Positions 46,840-55,926 of a DNA stretch of 64,000 nt are shown here, piece after piece. The notes beneath the pieces were generated by a model that was not told the DNA's origin, did no database searches, and saw nothing but the letters and a program-made list of their open reading frames with translations. The stretch is from positions 23,738-87,737 of IMG/VR virus record IMGVR_UViG_3300031240_000002; one strand, 5' to 3'. The translations under genes were made by a program, and so were the position numbers. This DNA is from a virus. Numbering within the stretch: position 1 is the stretch's first letter; each line of letters begins with the position of its first letter.

Positions 46840-47209
46840 TGTCGCACCTGCTCTCGCACTCGTAGACGAAGAACGGGTACTTGTGCGGCTCGTAGGGCTT
46901 CCCGCTGTATTGGTTGATCGCGGGGTCCGCCGTCGGCTTCCCGGTGTTCCGGTCGACCGCGACGCACGCCGATTCCTTCTCTCCCGCTGGCGCCTCTTTC
47001 CCGTCGGCCTGGGACCGGATGTAGAACTCCTGCCCGAACCCCAGGACGCCGGCCTCGTTGAGCGCCTCCAGCTTCTTGACGGAGAGGCGGTGGAGCGAGG
47101 TCACCCGCCAGGTCGTCGAGGAGTAGCAGTTGCCGAGGGAGCCGCCCCCGGTCGTCTCGATGGTGAGGTCGGGCATCGGCTTCGGGTAGGTGAAGCTGAG
47201 GTTGCTCAT
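46829..47209 (-). CDS. Hypothetical protein
   Basis: ATGA overlap, GAGG SD. Confidence 0.6.
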   Translation of the reverse strand: MSNLSFTYPKPMPDLTIETTGGGSLGNCYSSTTWRVTSLHRLSVKKLEALNEAGVLGFGQEFYIRSQADGKEAPAGEKESACVAVDRNTGKPTADPAINQYSGKPYEPHKYPFFVYECESRCDSGD

Positions 47210-47430
47210 GTTCGCGGATCCTCTTCGGGCATCGGGTCGCCTGGGCAGCGCACGTTGGCGTTGATGTCGGGTCGGTAATCGCCGCGAGGCGGACAGGCGT
47301 TGAGCCATCCGGAGGCGGCGATCTCGACGATCTGAACGAACCGCTCTGAGGCCGCCGCGATCCTGCCGAGCGCGATCGCTCCCTGCTCGATCAACGCTTG
47401 CTGGTATGGCGTCAGCTGAAGTTCGCTCAT
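47206..47430 (-). CDS. Hypothetical protein
   Basis: ATGA overlap. Confidence 0.5.
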   Translation of the reverse strand: MSELQLTPYQQALIEQGAIALGRIAAASERFVQIVEIAASGWLNACPPRGDYRPDINANVRCPGDPMPEEDPRT

Positions 47431-47669
47431 TTCGCTCGCTCCATCGCCGCGCGGCCTTCGAGTGCGTCCTCGACCGGATCGCCGAACGCCTCGGCCCACT
47501 CTTCGGGCGTCGTCCCCGAGATCAGGAACTCCCGGTCATCCTGGGACAGCATCGGCGCGACGTCTTGGATGTAGCCGCCGTCCCTCCAGAGGGCCAGCTG
47601 GTCGTCCGAGATGGCGATCTCCCGGGTGTGCTCGACGCCGGTCATCTTCGAGACCTTGGTGATCTTCAC
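47427..47669 (-). CDS. Conserved phage hypothetical protein
   Basis: G.YIQDV.P.LS.DDREFLISG.TPEEW motif, which I recall as widespread in phages. Confidence 0.7.
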   Translation of the reverse strand: MKITKVSKMTGVEHTREIAISDDQLALWRDGGYIQDVAPMLSQDDREFLISGTTPEEWAEAFGDPVEDALEGRAAMERAK

Positions 47670-48349
47670 CGTCCACCTCCGACCGTCACGCCGTCCGTCT
47701 TGGGCGCCACGTCGACCGCCCCCGCCTGCGCCGCCTCCTGGTGGAGCACGTCCAGGCTGGTGGTGGCGGGGGCGTCGTCGTCAGTCCCGGCCACGCCACC
47801 AAGATCCGGCGGCGCGTCGTGCTTGAGCGGGGCGACCGCAATGCTCGCGTACGACGGGGCGAGCGTCCCCACCGTCTCGGGCGGAGCGGCGGGCGGGCGG
47901 GCCGTGGCGCAGCCCGAGGTCATCGAGAGCACCGCGACCACCAGCGCGCAGAGCAGCGACGCGGTCCGCAGCGGCGGGAGCTGCGCGTCCGGGAGGAACG
48001 GCTCGACCTTCGTCGGCTCCGTCTCGTAGGCCGGGGCGTGGCGCGGAACCGCCCCGCGCGCCGCCGCCACCGCGATCTCCGCCTCCGCGCAGCGCGAGCA
48101 GTATGCCGTCTGGTAGTCCTCCTCCCAGCGCGCCGGGGCCTCGCAGCAGAAGCACTCCGTCACGCTGCTGACCACCAGGTTGAGCCAAGCGGCCCGGGGG
48201 TGGCGAATGCCGAAACCGTGGGTGCCGACGATCTCGGCGGCATAGAGGTCCGCCAGGAGGTCGATCATCCACTCGGGCGGTGTCTCGACGAGGGCGCCGA
48301 GGGGGTAGGAGGAAGGGAAGGAAGCCGGGGTCGTTTTGAGGTTGTTCAT
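47666..48349 (-). CDS. Hypothetical protein with a TM / lipobox-like segment
   Basis: CxxC pair, then LLCALVVAVLSMTSGC. Confidence 0.5.
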   Translation of the reverse strand: MNNLKTTPASFPSSYPLGALVETPPEWMIDLLADLYAAEIVGTHGFGIRHPRAAWLNLVVSSVTECFCCEAPARWEEDYQTAYCSRCAEAEIAVAAARGAVPRHAPAYETEPTKVEPFLPDAQLPPLRTASLLCALVVAVLSMTSGCATARPPAAPPETVGTLAPSYASIAVAPLKHDAPPDLGGVAGTDDDAPATTSLDVLHQEAAQAGAVDVAPKTDGVTVGGGR

Positions 48350-48362
48350 GCTTGGGGGGTTG

Positions 48363-48379
48363 TGCATTCTTGGGGCCAG
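48363..48379 (-). promoter_or_regulatory. Putative sigma54 -24/-12 promoter (leftward)
   Basis: CTGG-CCCCAAGAAT-GCA (GG-N10-GC). Confidence 0.55.
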
Positions 48380-48403
48380 GTTCAAGTCCGCGCCGTCTGC
48401 CGA

Positions 48404-48414
48404 GATACTACGCG
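48404..48414 (-). promoter_or_regulatory. CGCGTAGTATC motif copy 8
   Basis: Exact 11-mer; the only copy not directly followed by a start codon. Confidence 0.65.
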
Positions 48415-48519
48415 GGCGGGCTGGGCGCCTGTGAATGCCGGGCACGATTTCCGGCCCACTGTGGCGCTGGCGGCCCGGTCCGGCTGCGTTAAGTCCGGCA
48501 CCCTATCGGCCCTTTGCCG

Positions 48520-48536
48520 CTGGCCCCGGTCGTGCA
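48520..48536 (+). promoter_or_regulatory. Putative sigma54 -24/-12 promoter (rightward)
   Basis: CTGG-CCCCGGTCGT-GCA (GG-N10-GC). Confidence 0.55.
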
Positions 48537-48576
48537 TTTCCTTCGGGTGACCTTCACCACTCCCCAAAGGAACTCC

Positions 48577-49209
48577 ATGCCCACCAAGAACCACCTGCTC
48601 CAAGACACCGTCGCCCGCCCGCTGAGCGCCGGCCACTGGGCCCTCATGAACAAGCAGGAGACCGGCACCTCCAGCTCGGCGATCACCTACAAATCCCTGG
48701 AGGCCATCTGCGCCGCCTGGGACGTGGTGATCGGCGAGAAGGGGGAGGACGAGTACGGGACGTTCGTGCGGGTCCTCCGCGCGACGCCCGCCAACTCGCC
48801 CCGCGTCAGCGCCTACCTGGGTCTGGAGCGGCTCGCCGAGGAGTCTGAGGGCCGAGCGTCCGCCGACCTTCGCGCGCGCATTGATGCCGCGTGGGAGGCG
48901 CTCACCCCAGACGAGGTCAGGTGGATCCGGGCCCGCCAATCCAACGGGGTCGGACCGTTCGAGGATTCCGCCCGCCGCCGCAAGGTGCTCAAGCTGCTGG
49001 CCTTCGTCCCGATGGCGGGGAGCAACGCGGAGAACGAGGTCTGCGCGGATTGGCTCACCCGGATGTCCGTCCCAGAGCGGGCCATCTTCGCCAAGGTGGC
49101 GGGGGCCAATGCGCCGAGTGACGAGACCTGGCGGCAGCTCGTCGAGGCGGTCAAGGCGAGGAAGACGATCGGGGAAGTGGACGAGATCGCAAGGAGGGTG
49201 ATTCGATGA
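48577..49209 (+). CDS. Hypothetical protein
   Basis: AAGGA SD; first gene of a plus-strand operon. Confidence 0.65.
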   Translation: MPTKNHLLQDTVARPLSAGHWALMNKQETGTSSSAITYKSLEAICAAWDVVIGEKGEDEYGTFVRVLRATPANSPRVSAYLGLERLAEESEGRASADLRARIDAAWEALTPDEVRWIRARQSNGVGPFEDSARRRKVLKLLAFVPMAGSNAENEVCADWLTRMSVPERAIFAKVAGANAPSDETWRQLVEAVKARKTIGEVDEIARRVIR

Positions 49210-49778
49210 CCGGACTCGTGTTGGTGTCGGGGCTCACGCGCTCGGGGTCGTCGCTGACCATGCAGATGCTCGCTGCGGGCGGCTGGCCGGTGTTCGACCC
49301 GAAGATCTCGCTCTATCCCGCGTTCGAGCATCCGATCAACCAGGGGCGCGGGCGTCTTCCGAAGGGAGCGACCGGGATCATGAAGTGGCTCGACCCGCAG
49401 GTATTCCACCCGCCGAACGCCATCCGCGGCTCCATCTTCCTCGCCCGAGACCCGAAGCAACAGGCGAAGTCCTTCGTGAAGTTCGGGCAGGCCGTCGGGC
49501 TCCCGATCGACGGCGCGAAGTGGCGCGTGATCGCGAAGTCGTTCGAGAAGGACGCTCCGCGCGCCTGCGCCGTGCTGGCGGCATGCGGACCGGTCCTGCG
49601 GCTCATGTTCGAGGACCTGATCGGCGACACCGGCGCTGCGCTCGACAGGATCGCCGAGTTCGTCGGTGAACCGCTCGACATCGACGCGGCGTTGAGGGAG
49701 AAGCGCCAACGCGAGACCGGCTCCGACGTGCTGCCGTACATGCTCGAAGAACGGCTAATCATGGAGTCACGCCCATGA
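49206..49778 (+). CDS. Sulfotransferase-family P-loop protein
   Basis: VSGLTRSGSSLTMQML PAPS-binding loop; FLARDP; FEDLI. Confidence 0.75.
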   Translation: MTGLVLVSGLTRSGSSLTMQMLAAGGWPVFDPKISLYPAFEHPINQGRGRLPKGATGIMKWLDPQVFHPPNAIRGSIFLARDPKQQAKSFVKFGQAVGLPIDGAKWRVIAKSFEKDAPRACAVLAACGPVLRLMFEDLIGDTGAALDRIAEFVGEPLDIDAALREKRQRETGSDVLPYMLEERLIMESRP

Positions 49779-50047
49779 TCTCCCCCTGGGTCCTAGAGCT
49801 CGGCCACGCCCACCACCGCGCGTTCGTCTCTCCCATGATCGGAACCCGCGCCCCCTACCGACTGCAGATGATCCACCCCAACGGGGAGATGAGCGTCTTC
49901 GTTGGGCTGGCGACGATGGAGCGGGTGGTCGAGTCGCTCTGCACGCGCGTCGCTTCCTGCGGCGAACACGTCCCGACAGACGTGCGCGCCGAATGGGTGG
50001 CGCTGGCCCACAAGTACGACGAGCCCGACGTCCGCTACGTGCAGTAG
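49775..50047 (+). CDS. Hypothetical protein
   Basis: ATGA overlap. Confidence 0.5.
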   Translation: MISPWVLELGHAHHRAFVSPMIGTRAPYRLQMIHPNGEMSVFVGLATMERVVESLCTRVASCGEHVPTDVRAEWVALAHKYDEPDVRYVQ

Positions 50048-50051
50048 GCGG

Positions 50052-50699
50052 TCAGGTCTTCTTCCGCCGGAACCGATCGGCCTCGACGCACGTAGCGAAG
50101 TGCGAGAGGAACATCAGCGGGAAGCTCCCCCGCTCGGCGTAGAGGGCGACGCCATCGTGGTCGATCACGATGTTGCCGTCGGGGTGCTCCACCGTGTCGA
50201 GCGGGATGTTCTTCCCGTCCGCGCTCCTGAACCACTCGATCGGCGCCTCGCACCCCTTGCACTTGCCGGCGGCTCCCGCTGGGCGGGTCTTCGCGATCCA
50301 CTTGTCGACCTCGACGGTCTGCCGCACGCCGACGCACCTGCTGCTCCGATCGGGAGGATTCCGGGCGAAGGTCACGGCGCCGTCGGTCACCCCTAGAACC
50401 CAGAGGCGAAACCCCGTCTCGATGTGGATCCGAACGTCGCCGCGCTCCGGCTGGCGCTGCCGAGCGTCCACCAGCCGGGCGTGGGGCGGGCAGTAGTCGG
50501 TGGCGTCGTCCTTCTGGACGCGGCAGCCGGTGCAGAGCTTCGCGCTGCAGGTGGTCCGCTTCCCCTTGCGGGTGACCGGGTAGTCGCAGAGCGCCTCGAC
50601 CAGCTTCCCGCAGTTGGGCGTCATGCACTTCGAGCGGCGCTGGCGGCCGGTGCAGACCATCCCGGTGACCGTGGAGGTCTTCAGCGGGTAGCAGGCCAT
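50052..50699 (-). CDS. Cys-rich multi Zn-finger hypothetical protein
   Basis: LCDYP..TCSAKLC..C..DYCPPH; CKGCEAPIEW..GK.IPLD..SHFATC. Confidence 0.65.
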   Translation of the reverse strand: MACYPLKTSTVTGMVCTGRQRRSKCMTPNCGKLVEALCDYPVTRKGKRTTCSAKLCTGCRVQKDDATDYCPPHARLVDARQRQPERGDVRIHIETGFRLWVLGVTDGAVTFARNPPDRSSRCVGVRQTVEVDKWIAKTRPAGAAGKCKGCEAPIEWFRSADGKNIPLDTVEHPDGNIVIDHDGVALYAERGSFPLMFLSHFATCVEADRFRRKKT

Positions 50700-50902
50700 C
50701 AGACCGGCGCCTCCTCGTCCTCGAGTGTCGCGACCACCGTGAACTCGTCCTCGATCAGCTTCCGCGTCATCGTGAGGTGGCGGCCCCAGATCACCGCCAC
50801 CACGGTCGGTCCACCGCTGTCGAGCACCAGGATCGTGTGGCCGCCCAGCTGGCCCATCCGCCTGGTGGCGAGGACCCGGAGGACCGGGCGACCGTCAGCC
50901 AC
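50699..50902 (-). CDS. Hypothetical protein
   Basis: Part of an overlapping operon chain. Confidence 0.5.
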   Translation of the reverse strand: MADGRPVLRVLATRRMGQLGGHTILVLDSGGPTVVAVIWGRHLTMTRKLIEDEFTVVATLEDEEAPV

Positions 50903-51182
50903 GGTCGGCCTCGAACTTCCGGATCGCCTTCAGCGCCGCCTGCGCGTAGCGGAAGATGTCGTGGATCCGGGTGTACTCGCCGTCGGTCCTCGGCTTCTCG
51001 ATCCCCTGGTAGGCGCACGCCTCGGCCACCACCGCGTCTCGGATCGCGACCAGCAGGAGCGGGTCCTCCTCGCTGTCGGTCTCCGGGTTCCCGGGACAGC
51101 CGCGCGTGTGGCACCTGGCCGGTGCTGGGTCTCCCGGGCCGATCCACTTCCCGGAGGCGCAGAACTCGCAGCGCTCAGCCAC
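50895..51182 (-). CDS. Hypothetical protein
   Basis: Part of an overlapping operon chain. Confidence 0.5.
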   Translation of the reverse strand: MAERCEFCASGKWIGPGDPAPARCHTRGCPGNPETDSEEDPLLLVAIRDAVVAEACAYQGIEKPRTDGEYTRIHDIFRYAQAALKAIRKFEADRG

Positions 51183-51474
51183 GGCGAGCCTCGTCGAGGC
51201 GGGCGATCATGGCGGCCACTTCTTTCTGTCTATCCACTGCGTCAAGGCAGTCGTAAGGGTCGCTGGCGACGATTTCCCGCAGCAGTGCCTCCATCTCGGG
51301 CGCGGCGAGCACGATCTCCCGCGCGTAGTCGTCCATGAACTCGATATTCTGCCAGGGGTCGTCGACCCCGATCACCAGGACGCCGGCACCATCGACCACG
51401 CCGTTCCCCCCATGGACGTTGTCGCAGACGCTCCACGGGGGAGGATGGTCGCCCGGCGGGTGCTTGTCAGCCAC
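51175..51474 (-). CDS. Hypothetical protein (HPPPW...LAAPEM phage family)
   Basis: Matches the HTPGPW...AAPEL-like pattern. Confidence 0.55.
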   Translation of the reverse strand: MADKHPPGDHPPPWSVCDNVHGGNGVVDGAGVLVIGVDDPWQNIEFMDDYAREIVLAAPEMEALLREIVASDPYDCLDAVDRQKEVAAMIARLDEARRG

Positions 51475-51748
51475 CGATCCCTCCCTCCACGCGCCGCCGC
51501 GCGTCCTGCCCGAAGCGGAACTCGATCGCCGCGAGGATCAGCTCCTCCGTCCCTGCGGCCATGGCGAAGGTCACCCCCACCCGGGGGATGTCGACCACCA
51601 CCTGGCCGGTCTCTGGAACGACGCCCCAGGTCGAGCGGACGAGGGGGAAGCCCGCGCGCAGCGCCAGCCAGCAGGCGTAGGCCCGGTCTCGGCGGGACAT
51701 CCGGTCGACGCCGGCGCGCTTCTCTGGATCGGGAGGGCTCGTGTCCAT
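51467..51748 (-). CDS. Hypothetical protein
   Basis: TAATG overlap. Confidence 0.5.
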   Translation of the reverse strand: MDTSPPDPEKRAGVDRMSRRDRAYACWLALRAGFPLVRSTWGVVPETGQVVVDIPRVGVTFAMAAGTEELILAAIEFRFGQDARRRVEGGIGG

Positions 51749-52089
51749 TACGGGTTGAGCCTCAGCCAGTCGGCGAACTGGCCGAAGAGGTCGAAGACCG
51801 GCAGGCCGCGCGCCTTCGCGTGCTCGCGTTCCGCCTTCGCCCCGACCGAATACTCCCAGCCCGAGACCATGAGCACGGCGTCGCAGCGTTCGAGGAGCGC
51901 CAGCGTCCCGAGCAGCCAGAACTCGTCGGTCAGCGTCCCGTCGAAGAACCGCGTCATCGTGTGGGGGATGAGCGGCATCGCCCCCGACTGGGCGACCTGG
52001 AAGCCCCGCAGCTCCGCCTCGCGGATGTTCTGTTCGACCGCCCAGGAATTCGGACCCCGGAACTTCCCCGCGATATAAACGATCTTCAT
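51748..52089 (-). CDS. DUF4406/DUF1937-like nucleoside deoxyribosyltransferase-fold protein
   Basis: VYIAG.F..PH..CDAVL...GWEYS.GA..E...A...GLPVF. Confidence 0.8.
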   Translation of the reverse strand: MKIVYIAGKFRGPNSWAVEQNIREAELRGFQVAQSGAMPLIPHTMTRFFDGTLTDEFWLLGTLALLERCDAVLMVSGWEYSVGAKAEREHAKARGLPVFDLFGQFADWLRLNP

Positions 52090-52096
52090 CCCCGCC

Positions 52097-52107
52097 GATA
52101 CTACGCG
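52097..52107 (-). promoter_or_regulatory. CGCGTAGTATC motif copy 9
   Basis: Exact 11-mer; TAGTAT ends 8 nt before ATG 52089. Confidence 0.7.
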
Positions 52108-52117
52108 GGGAGGGCGA

Positions 52118-52795
52118 CTACCCGGCGGGGGGCGGTTCTTTGCGCGCCCGGACCGCGGCGGCCTCGGCCTCGATGCGCTCGGCTTCCTTGGCGGCAGCCT
52201 CGTCCTTGGCCTTCTGCTCGGCTTCGGCCTTCGCCTTGTCGGCAGCCTCGCGCTCCGCCTCCTCGCGTACCAGGCGGTCCTGGCGTGCGTTGAGGGCGTC
52301 GATGAGCATGAGGGGGAAGAGCTGCATCGCCTGGTCGACGTCGGCCACCAGCGCCTCCGTCAGCTTGGCCAGCGGCCCGCGGGCGAGGACCACGGGCGAC
52401 GCCGGGCCCTCCGTGGCGAGCACCAGGGGGCCATGTTCCGCGAAGCCGGCCACCCGGGTCACCGACCCGTCTGTCGCGTCACCGGCGAAGGCGTAGGCCA
52501 CAACGGCGCGAACGCCGACGTGGGTCGTGACCGTCAGGACCTCTGAGAGCACCGGGGCGTCGATCGGCTGGACGGCGCGGCCCATCGGAAGGAACCCGGG
52601 GACGTGGCCGTGGGTCACCAACTCGACCCCCTGCTTCCCGGAGATGCTCTTGAGGGGCCCCTGCCAGTGCGGGTAGACGTCGTTCACGAACGCCTCGGCG
52701 AACGGCTTGCGCGCGAGCTCCGCGGCGCGAGCGGCAGCGCCGGCGACGGCCTCGGGGGTGCCTGCGGTTCTCTTCGCGAACTCGTCGAACGACAT
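52118..52795 (-). CDS. Hypothetical protein with a C-terminal coiled coil
   Basis: GAGGAG SD. Confidence 0.6.
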   Translation of the reverse strand: MSFDEFAKRTAGTPEAVAGAAARAAELARKPFAEAFVNDVYPHWQGPLKSISGKQGVELVTHGHVPGFLPMGRAVQPIDAPVLSEVLTVTTHVGVRAVVAYAFAGDATDGSVTRVAGFAEHGPLVLATEGPASPVVLARGPLAKLTEALVADVDQAMQLFPLMLIDALNARQDRLVREEAEREAADKAKAEAEQKAKDEAAAKEAERIEAEAAAVRARKEPPPAG

Positions 52796-52807
52796 GGGCG
52801 ATCTCCT

Positions 52808-53047
52808 CTACGGGTGTCCGACGTCGAGCATCTGCTGGCGTGCTTCGGGCGTCAACGGTTCCACGTCGGACGCCGGCACCAGCGTCACCCGATCGGTCCC
52901 GTCGACCTCGACCTCGGCCAACGTGGGCGCCCCGCCGGTCCGGCTCAGACGGCCGACGAGGTGAGCCCTCACCCTGACGCGGGCGGTCCCGAGAGAGACC
53001 AGGGCGCTCACCGGGGAGCGACGGATCTGGATCAGCGGGAGGCTCAC
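52808..53047 (-). CDS. Hypothetical protein
   Basis: GTGA overlap. Confidence 0.5.
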   Translation of the reverse strand: MSLPLIQIRRSPVSALVSLGTARVRVRAHLVGRLSRTGGAPTLAEVEVDGTDRVTLVPASDVEPLTPEARQQMLDVGHP

Positions 53048-53181
53048 CGCTTGCCGCCGAGGTCCCGCTTGATGTTCTCGCGGGCCTTCCGGTTGCGCCG
53101 CCAGTCGTCGACCACCACCAGGACCACGACCACGAAGGCGGAGCCAGCGAGGAAGGCGTAGAGGTAGCCCATGGGGCTCAC
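53044..53181 (-). CDS. Small single-TM protein
   Basis: MSPMGYLYAFLAGSAFVVVVLVVVDDWRR; overlaps neighbours on both sides. Confidence 0.5.
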   Translation of the reverse strand: MSPMGYLYAFLAGSAFVVVVLVVVDDWRRNRKARENIKRDLGGKR

Positions 53182-53528
53182 CGGCCGTGCGGGTGGGGAG
53201 CGCCGGTCTGCGGCGCCGTGCCGAGGAGCGCCGGGTCGCAGCTATCCATTGCCGCGCAGCTGGGCGCGGCGGCGACGCAGTCGGAGAACCGCTGGTCGTT
53301 CACGCTCAGGCAGATGCCCAGGAAGCCCCCCTGACTGGCGCATCCGAGCTGCGCGCGGTGGTTGGTCGCCGCAGTGCAATTGACCGGTCCCGGTGGCGGA
53401 GCGGCATCACTGGCGTCGGGCGGATTCACCACCGGCGGCATGGGGGGCTTCGGGCACCCGGTGAGGTGGGCCCCGAGGGCGACCGTCAGGACGATCGCCG
53501 CCAGGGCATGCTGCCAGCGCCGGTCCAT
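53178..53528 (-). CDS. Cys-rich lipoprotein
   Basis: Signal peptide ending LTGC; Pro-rich linker; 6 further Cys. Confidence 0.7.
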   Translation of the reverse strand: MDRRWQHALAAIVLTVALGAHLTGCPKPPMPPVVNPPDASDAAPPPGPVNCTAATNHRAQLGCASQGGFLGICLSVNDQRFSDCVAAAPSCAAMDSCDPALLGTAPQTGAPHPHGR

Positions 53529-54817
53529 CAGGTCGCCGTCGGCGGGTCGGTGGGCGGTTGCTGTTCCGGTTGCTCCGCCGGGCGCCGCGGGCGCAGGAGC
53601 ACGTCGCAGATCTCGCTCACTCCCTGGACGAACTCGCCCAGCCACTTGGCCGAGAACGTCACCACGGAGCCCTTGCCGCTCAACAGGAGGCGCAGCTGGA
53701 CGTGCGCATCGGTCGGGTCTTCGTCCGGTGCCGACAGGATGGTCACGCCGAGCTCGTCGCCCGCGTCGTTGACCGCCGTGACCGACCCGACACCGGCCTT
53801 CTCGTTGACGTTCTTTGTCACCGTGAGCGCGTGGTCCTCGTCAGTGCCCGTCCCCTCGCGGAGGCGGTGCTCCTTCTCGCGCCGCGCCTGCTGGGCGGCA
53901 GCCGCGGTGGCGGGGTTCGAGCTCGACGCCGGGTTGGTGACCTGGTTCAGGTCCGCCTCGAGCGTCGCGAGGTCGAACTTGCTGGGGGCCTCCCCCGAGG
54001 AACACCAGTCGTCCGAGAGACAGGCGTAGCTCTCATCGCAGTAGGCGTTCCAGAACGCCCACGACATCTTGTAGACCTCGCCCCAGCTGATGAAGTAGAC
54101 CCAGTTCTGGTCGTAGCCGAGCACCCAGACGGCGTGCCCGCCCCAGCTTCCGGGCTCAAGGCTTCCCTCGTCGCCGCCGGCTGGGATCGTCCAGGTGGTC
54201 CCCTGGTTCTCGGCGAATGCCGGGAGGGCGAGGCCGATGTAGCACCCGCCGAAGAGAAAGACCGACTGCTGGACGTGGGTGCGGTCCTTCGGCTCGAGCG
54301 CGACGAACGCGCGGATCTTCCGCCCGGCCATGCCGGTTTTGCGCCAGTAGTTCAGGACGTCGAGCTCGACGCCCCCTTGGTCGGTGCTCGGGTCGGCCGG
54401 GTTGTAGCCCGTCGATCCCGAGTAGAAGGCGACGACATCGGCGTCGGTGACCGTGAACTCGGACCCGTTGTTCGCGGTCCAGTCCTGCTCGGCGTGGCCG
54501 ACGGCGGCGCCGGTACAGTCGCCGAGCTCGTCGTTCTTCATCATCCCCCAGCGCGGGGTGGCAGCCTTGGTCCAGTCGACCGAGACCGGCGGCGGCGGCA
54601 GCGAGGTCGGCAGGTAGCGCCGCAGCATGAGCGTGCGCGGGTCATGCCGGACCGGCTTCTTCCCCATGCAGCGGCGCCGCGCCGGCGGCGGGAAAGTCGG
54701 CGTCCCGTCGTTGCCCGGCGGCGGATCGGACGGCACCGGCGGATCGGTGATCTGCGGCATGTCACCCCCGATCGGCTCGATCGGTCCGGACCCTTCCGTC
54801 TGTTCCTCGGTGCTCAT
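53528..54817 (-). CDS. Papain-like (C1-related) cysteine peptidase
   Basis: SVDW..NDELGDC; GGHAV..LGYD....ISWG. Confidence 0.8.
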   Translation of the reverse strand: MSTEEQTEGSGPIEPIGGDMPQITDPPVPSDPPPGNDGTPTFPPPARRRCMGKKPVRHDPRTLMLRRYLPTSLPPPPVSVDWTKAATPRWGMMKNDELGDCTGAAVGHAEQDWTANNGSEFTVTDADVVAFYSGSTGYNPADPSTDQGGVELDVLNYWRKTGMAGRKIRAFVALEPKDRTHVQQSVFLFGGCYIGLALPAFAENQGTTWTIPAGGDEGSLEPGSWGGHAVWVLGYDQNWVYFISWGEVYKMSWAFWNAYCDESYACLSDDWCSSGEAPSKFDLATLEADLNQVTNPASSSNPATAAAAQQARREKEHRLREGTGTDEDHALTVTKNVNEKAGVGSVTAVNDAGDELGVTILSAPDEDPTDAHVQLRLLLSGKGSVVTFSAKWLGEFVQGVSEICDVLLRPRRPAEQPEQQPPTDPPTAT

Positions 54818-55020
54818 CGATTCGTCTCCTTGCTGATCAACTCGACACCGCACGAGACGGCATCCAACGCCCACTCTTTCTTGCCGTCCAGTAGGTCGGC
54901 GGCAGCAGTCGCCACGATCGCGTTCGTCACGCGAATGGTCGCTCGACCAGCGCTGACGACGTGCGGCGCCGCCATCAGGGCAAGCGCCGCGAGAGCGAAC
55001 GAAGCGTAGAGGCGGGTCAC
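54814..55020 (-). CDS. Small membrane/secreted protein
   Basis: N-terminal hydrophobic helix; GTGA overlap. Confidence 0.45.
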   Translation of the reverse strand: MTRLYASFALAALALMAAPHVVSAGRATIRVTNAIVATAAADLLDGKKEWALDAVSCGVELISKETNR

Positions 55021-55670
55021 CTCGAGGCGACCCACCGAAGCTGGCCGTCGACCTTGCGCTGGCAGAGACAGCCGCTCGGAGGCGCGAGGCTGTTCGCGCT
55101 CCCGCAGACGACATCGCAGGACGCCAAGGTCGGATTCGCCGGGGAGGCCGAGTGCTTCTCCCCCGGCGCGACACCCGCTGCAGGCGGGGCCGACGCGCTT
55201 CCCTCACGAGGATCAACGGCAAGAGCGGCTCGTTCGTCCGCAGCATCCCCGCTCGCGCGGGCAACGCCTCCCCCCTCGGCTTTGGAAATCTTTTCGAGCG
55301 TCGGGCAGCGCAGCGAGACCGGCCCGCGCGCCTCGGCCGCCTTCATCTCCTTCGCGTGCCCGACCTTGAACTTCGTCGCCGCGGCGCCGATGGTCCCGCC
55401 CTGGGTCTCGAAGTAGTTCACGAGGCAGGGGATCCCGCCCCCGACGTCGTTGGCCAGCATCGCCAGGAGGTCGGTCTCCCCCGCAAGGTTGCCGTCCACG
55501 ATCTCGACGAGGTCGCCGAAGACCTCCGTCGCCGCAGCCCAGGTGACGTCCGAGGCACCGCACGATTTCAGCGCGGGCCAGATGTCCCCGGGGAACTTGC
55601 CGGCGCAGCCTGGCGCAGCGAGCGAGACGGTCAGTAGGGCGAACAGGGCGGGCATCAATAGGCGTTTCAT
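55017..55670 (-). CDS. Lipoprotein
   Basis: [22 protein letters not shown]. Confidence 0.7.
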   Translation of the reverse strand: MKRLLMPALFALLTVSLAAPGCAGKFPGDIWPALKSCGASDVTWAAATEVFGDLVEIVDGNLAGETDLLAMLANDVGGGIPCLVNYFETQGGTIGAAATKFKVGHAKEMKAAEARGPVSLRCPTLEKISKAEGGGVARASGDAADERAALAVDPREGSASAPPAAGVAPGEKHSASPANPTLASCDVVCGSANSLAPPSGCLCQRKVDGQLRWVASR

Positions 55671-55879
55671 CGAGATCCTCCATCGGGCTTCTTGGCCATC
55701 TGAGACGGGTTGTCCCCGTTGTCGTTCGGGAACGGCGCGCACGAGGGGTTCTGATTCGACGCGCACTCGCAGCTGTTCGGGTCCTGACAGGGCTTCTGGA
55801 TGAACGAGCAGCCCCCGAGCGCCATCGCGAGCAGCACCCCCAGCGTTGCCAGGTAGGCCAGCGGGTGGTTGCGCTCCAT
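55667..55879 (-). CDS. Small Cys-rich lipoprotein
   Basis: LLAMALGGC lipobox; TATCCT-N7-ATG. Confidence 0.7.
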   Translation of the reverse strand: MERNHPLAYLATLGVLLAMALGGCSFIQKPCQDPNSCECASNQNPSCAPFPNDNGDNPSQMAKKPDGGSR

Positions 55880-55926
55880 GACGGCGAGGATAGGCGCGGC
55901 CGCAGGCGGTACGCAAGGGGAGAGCG

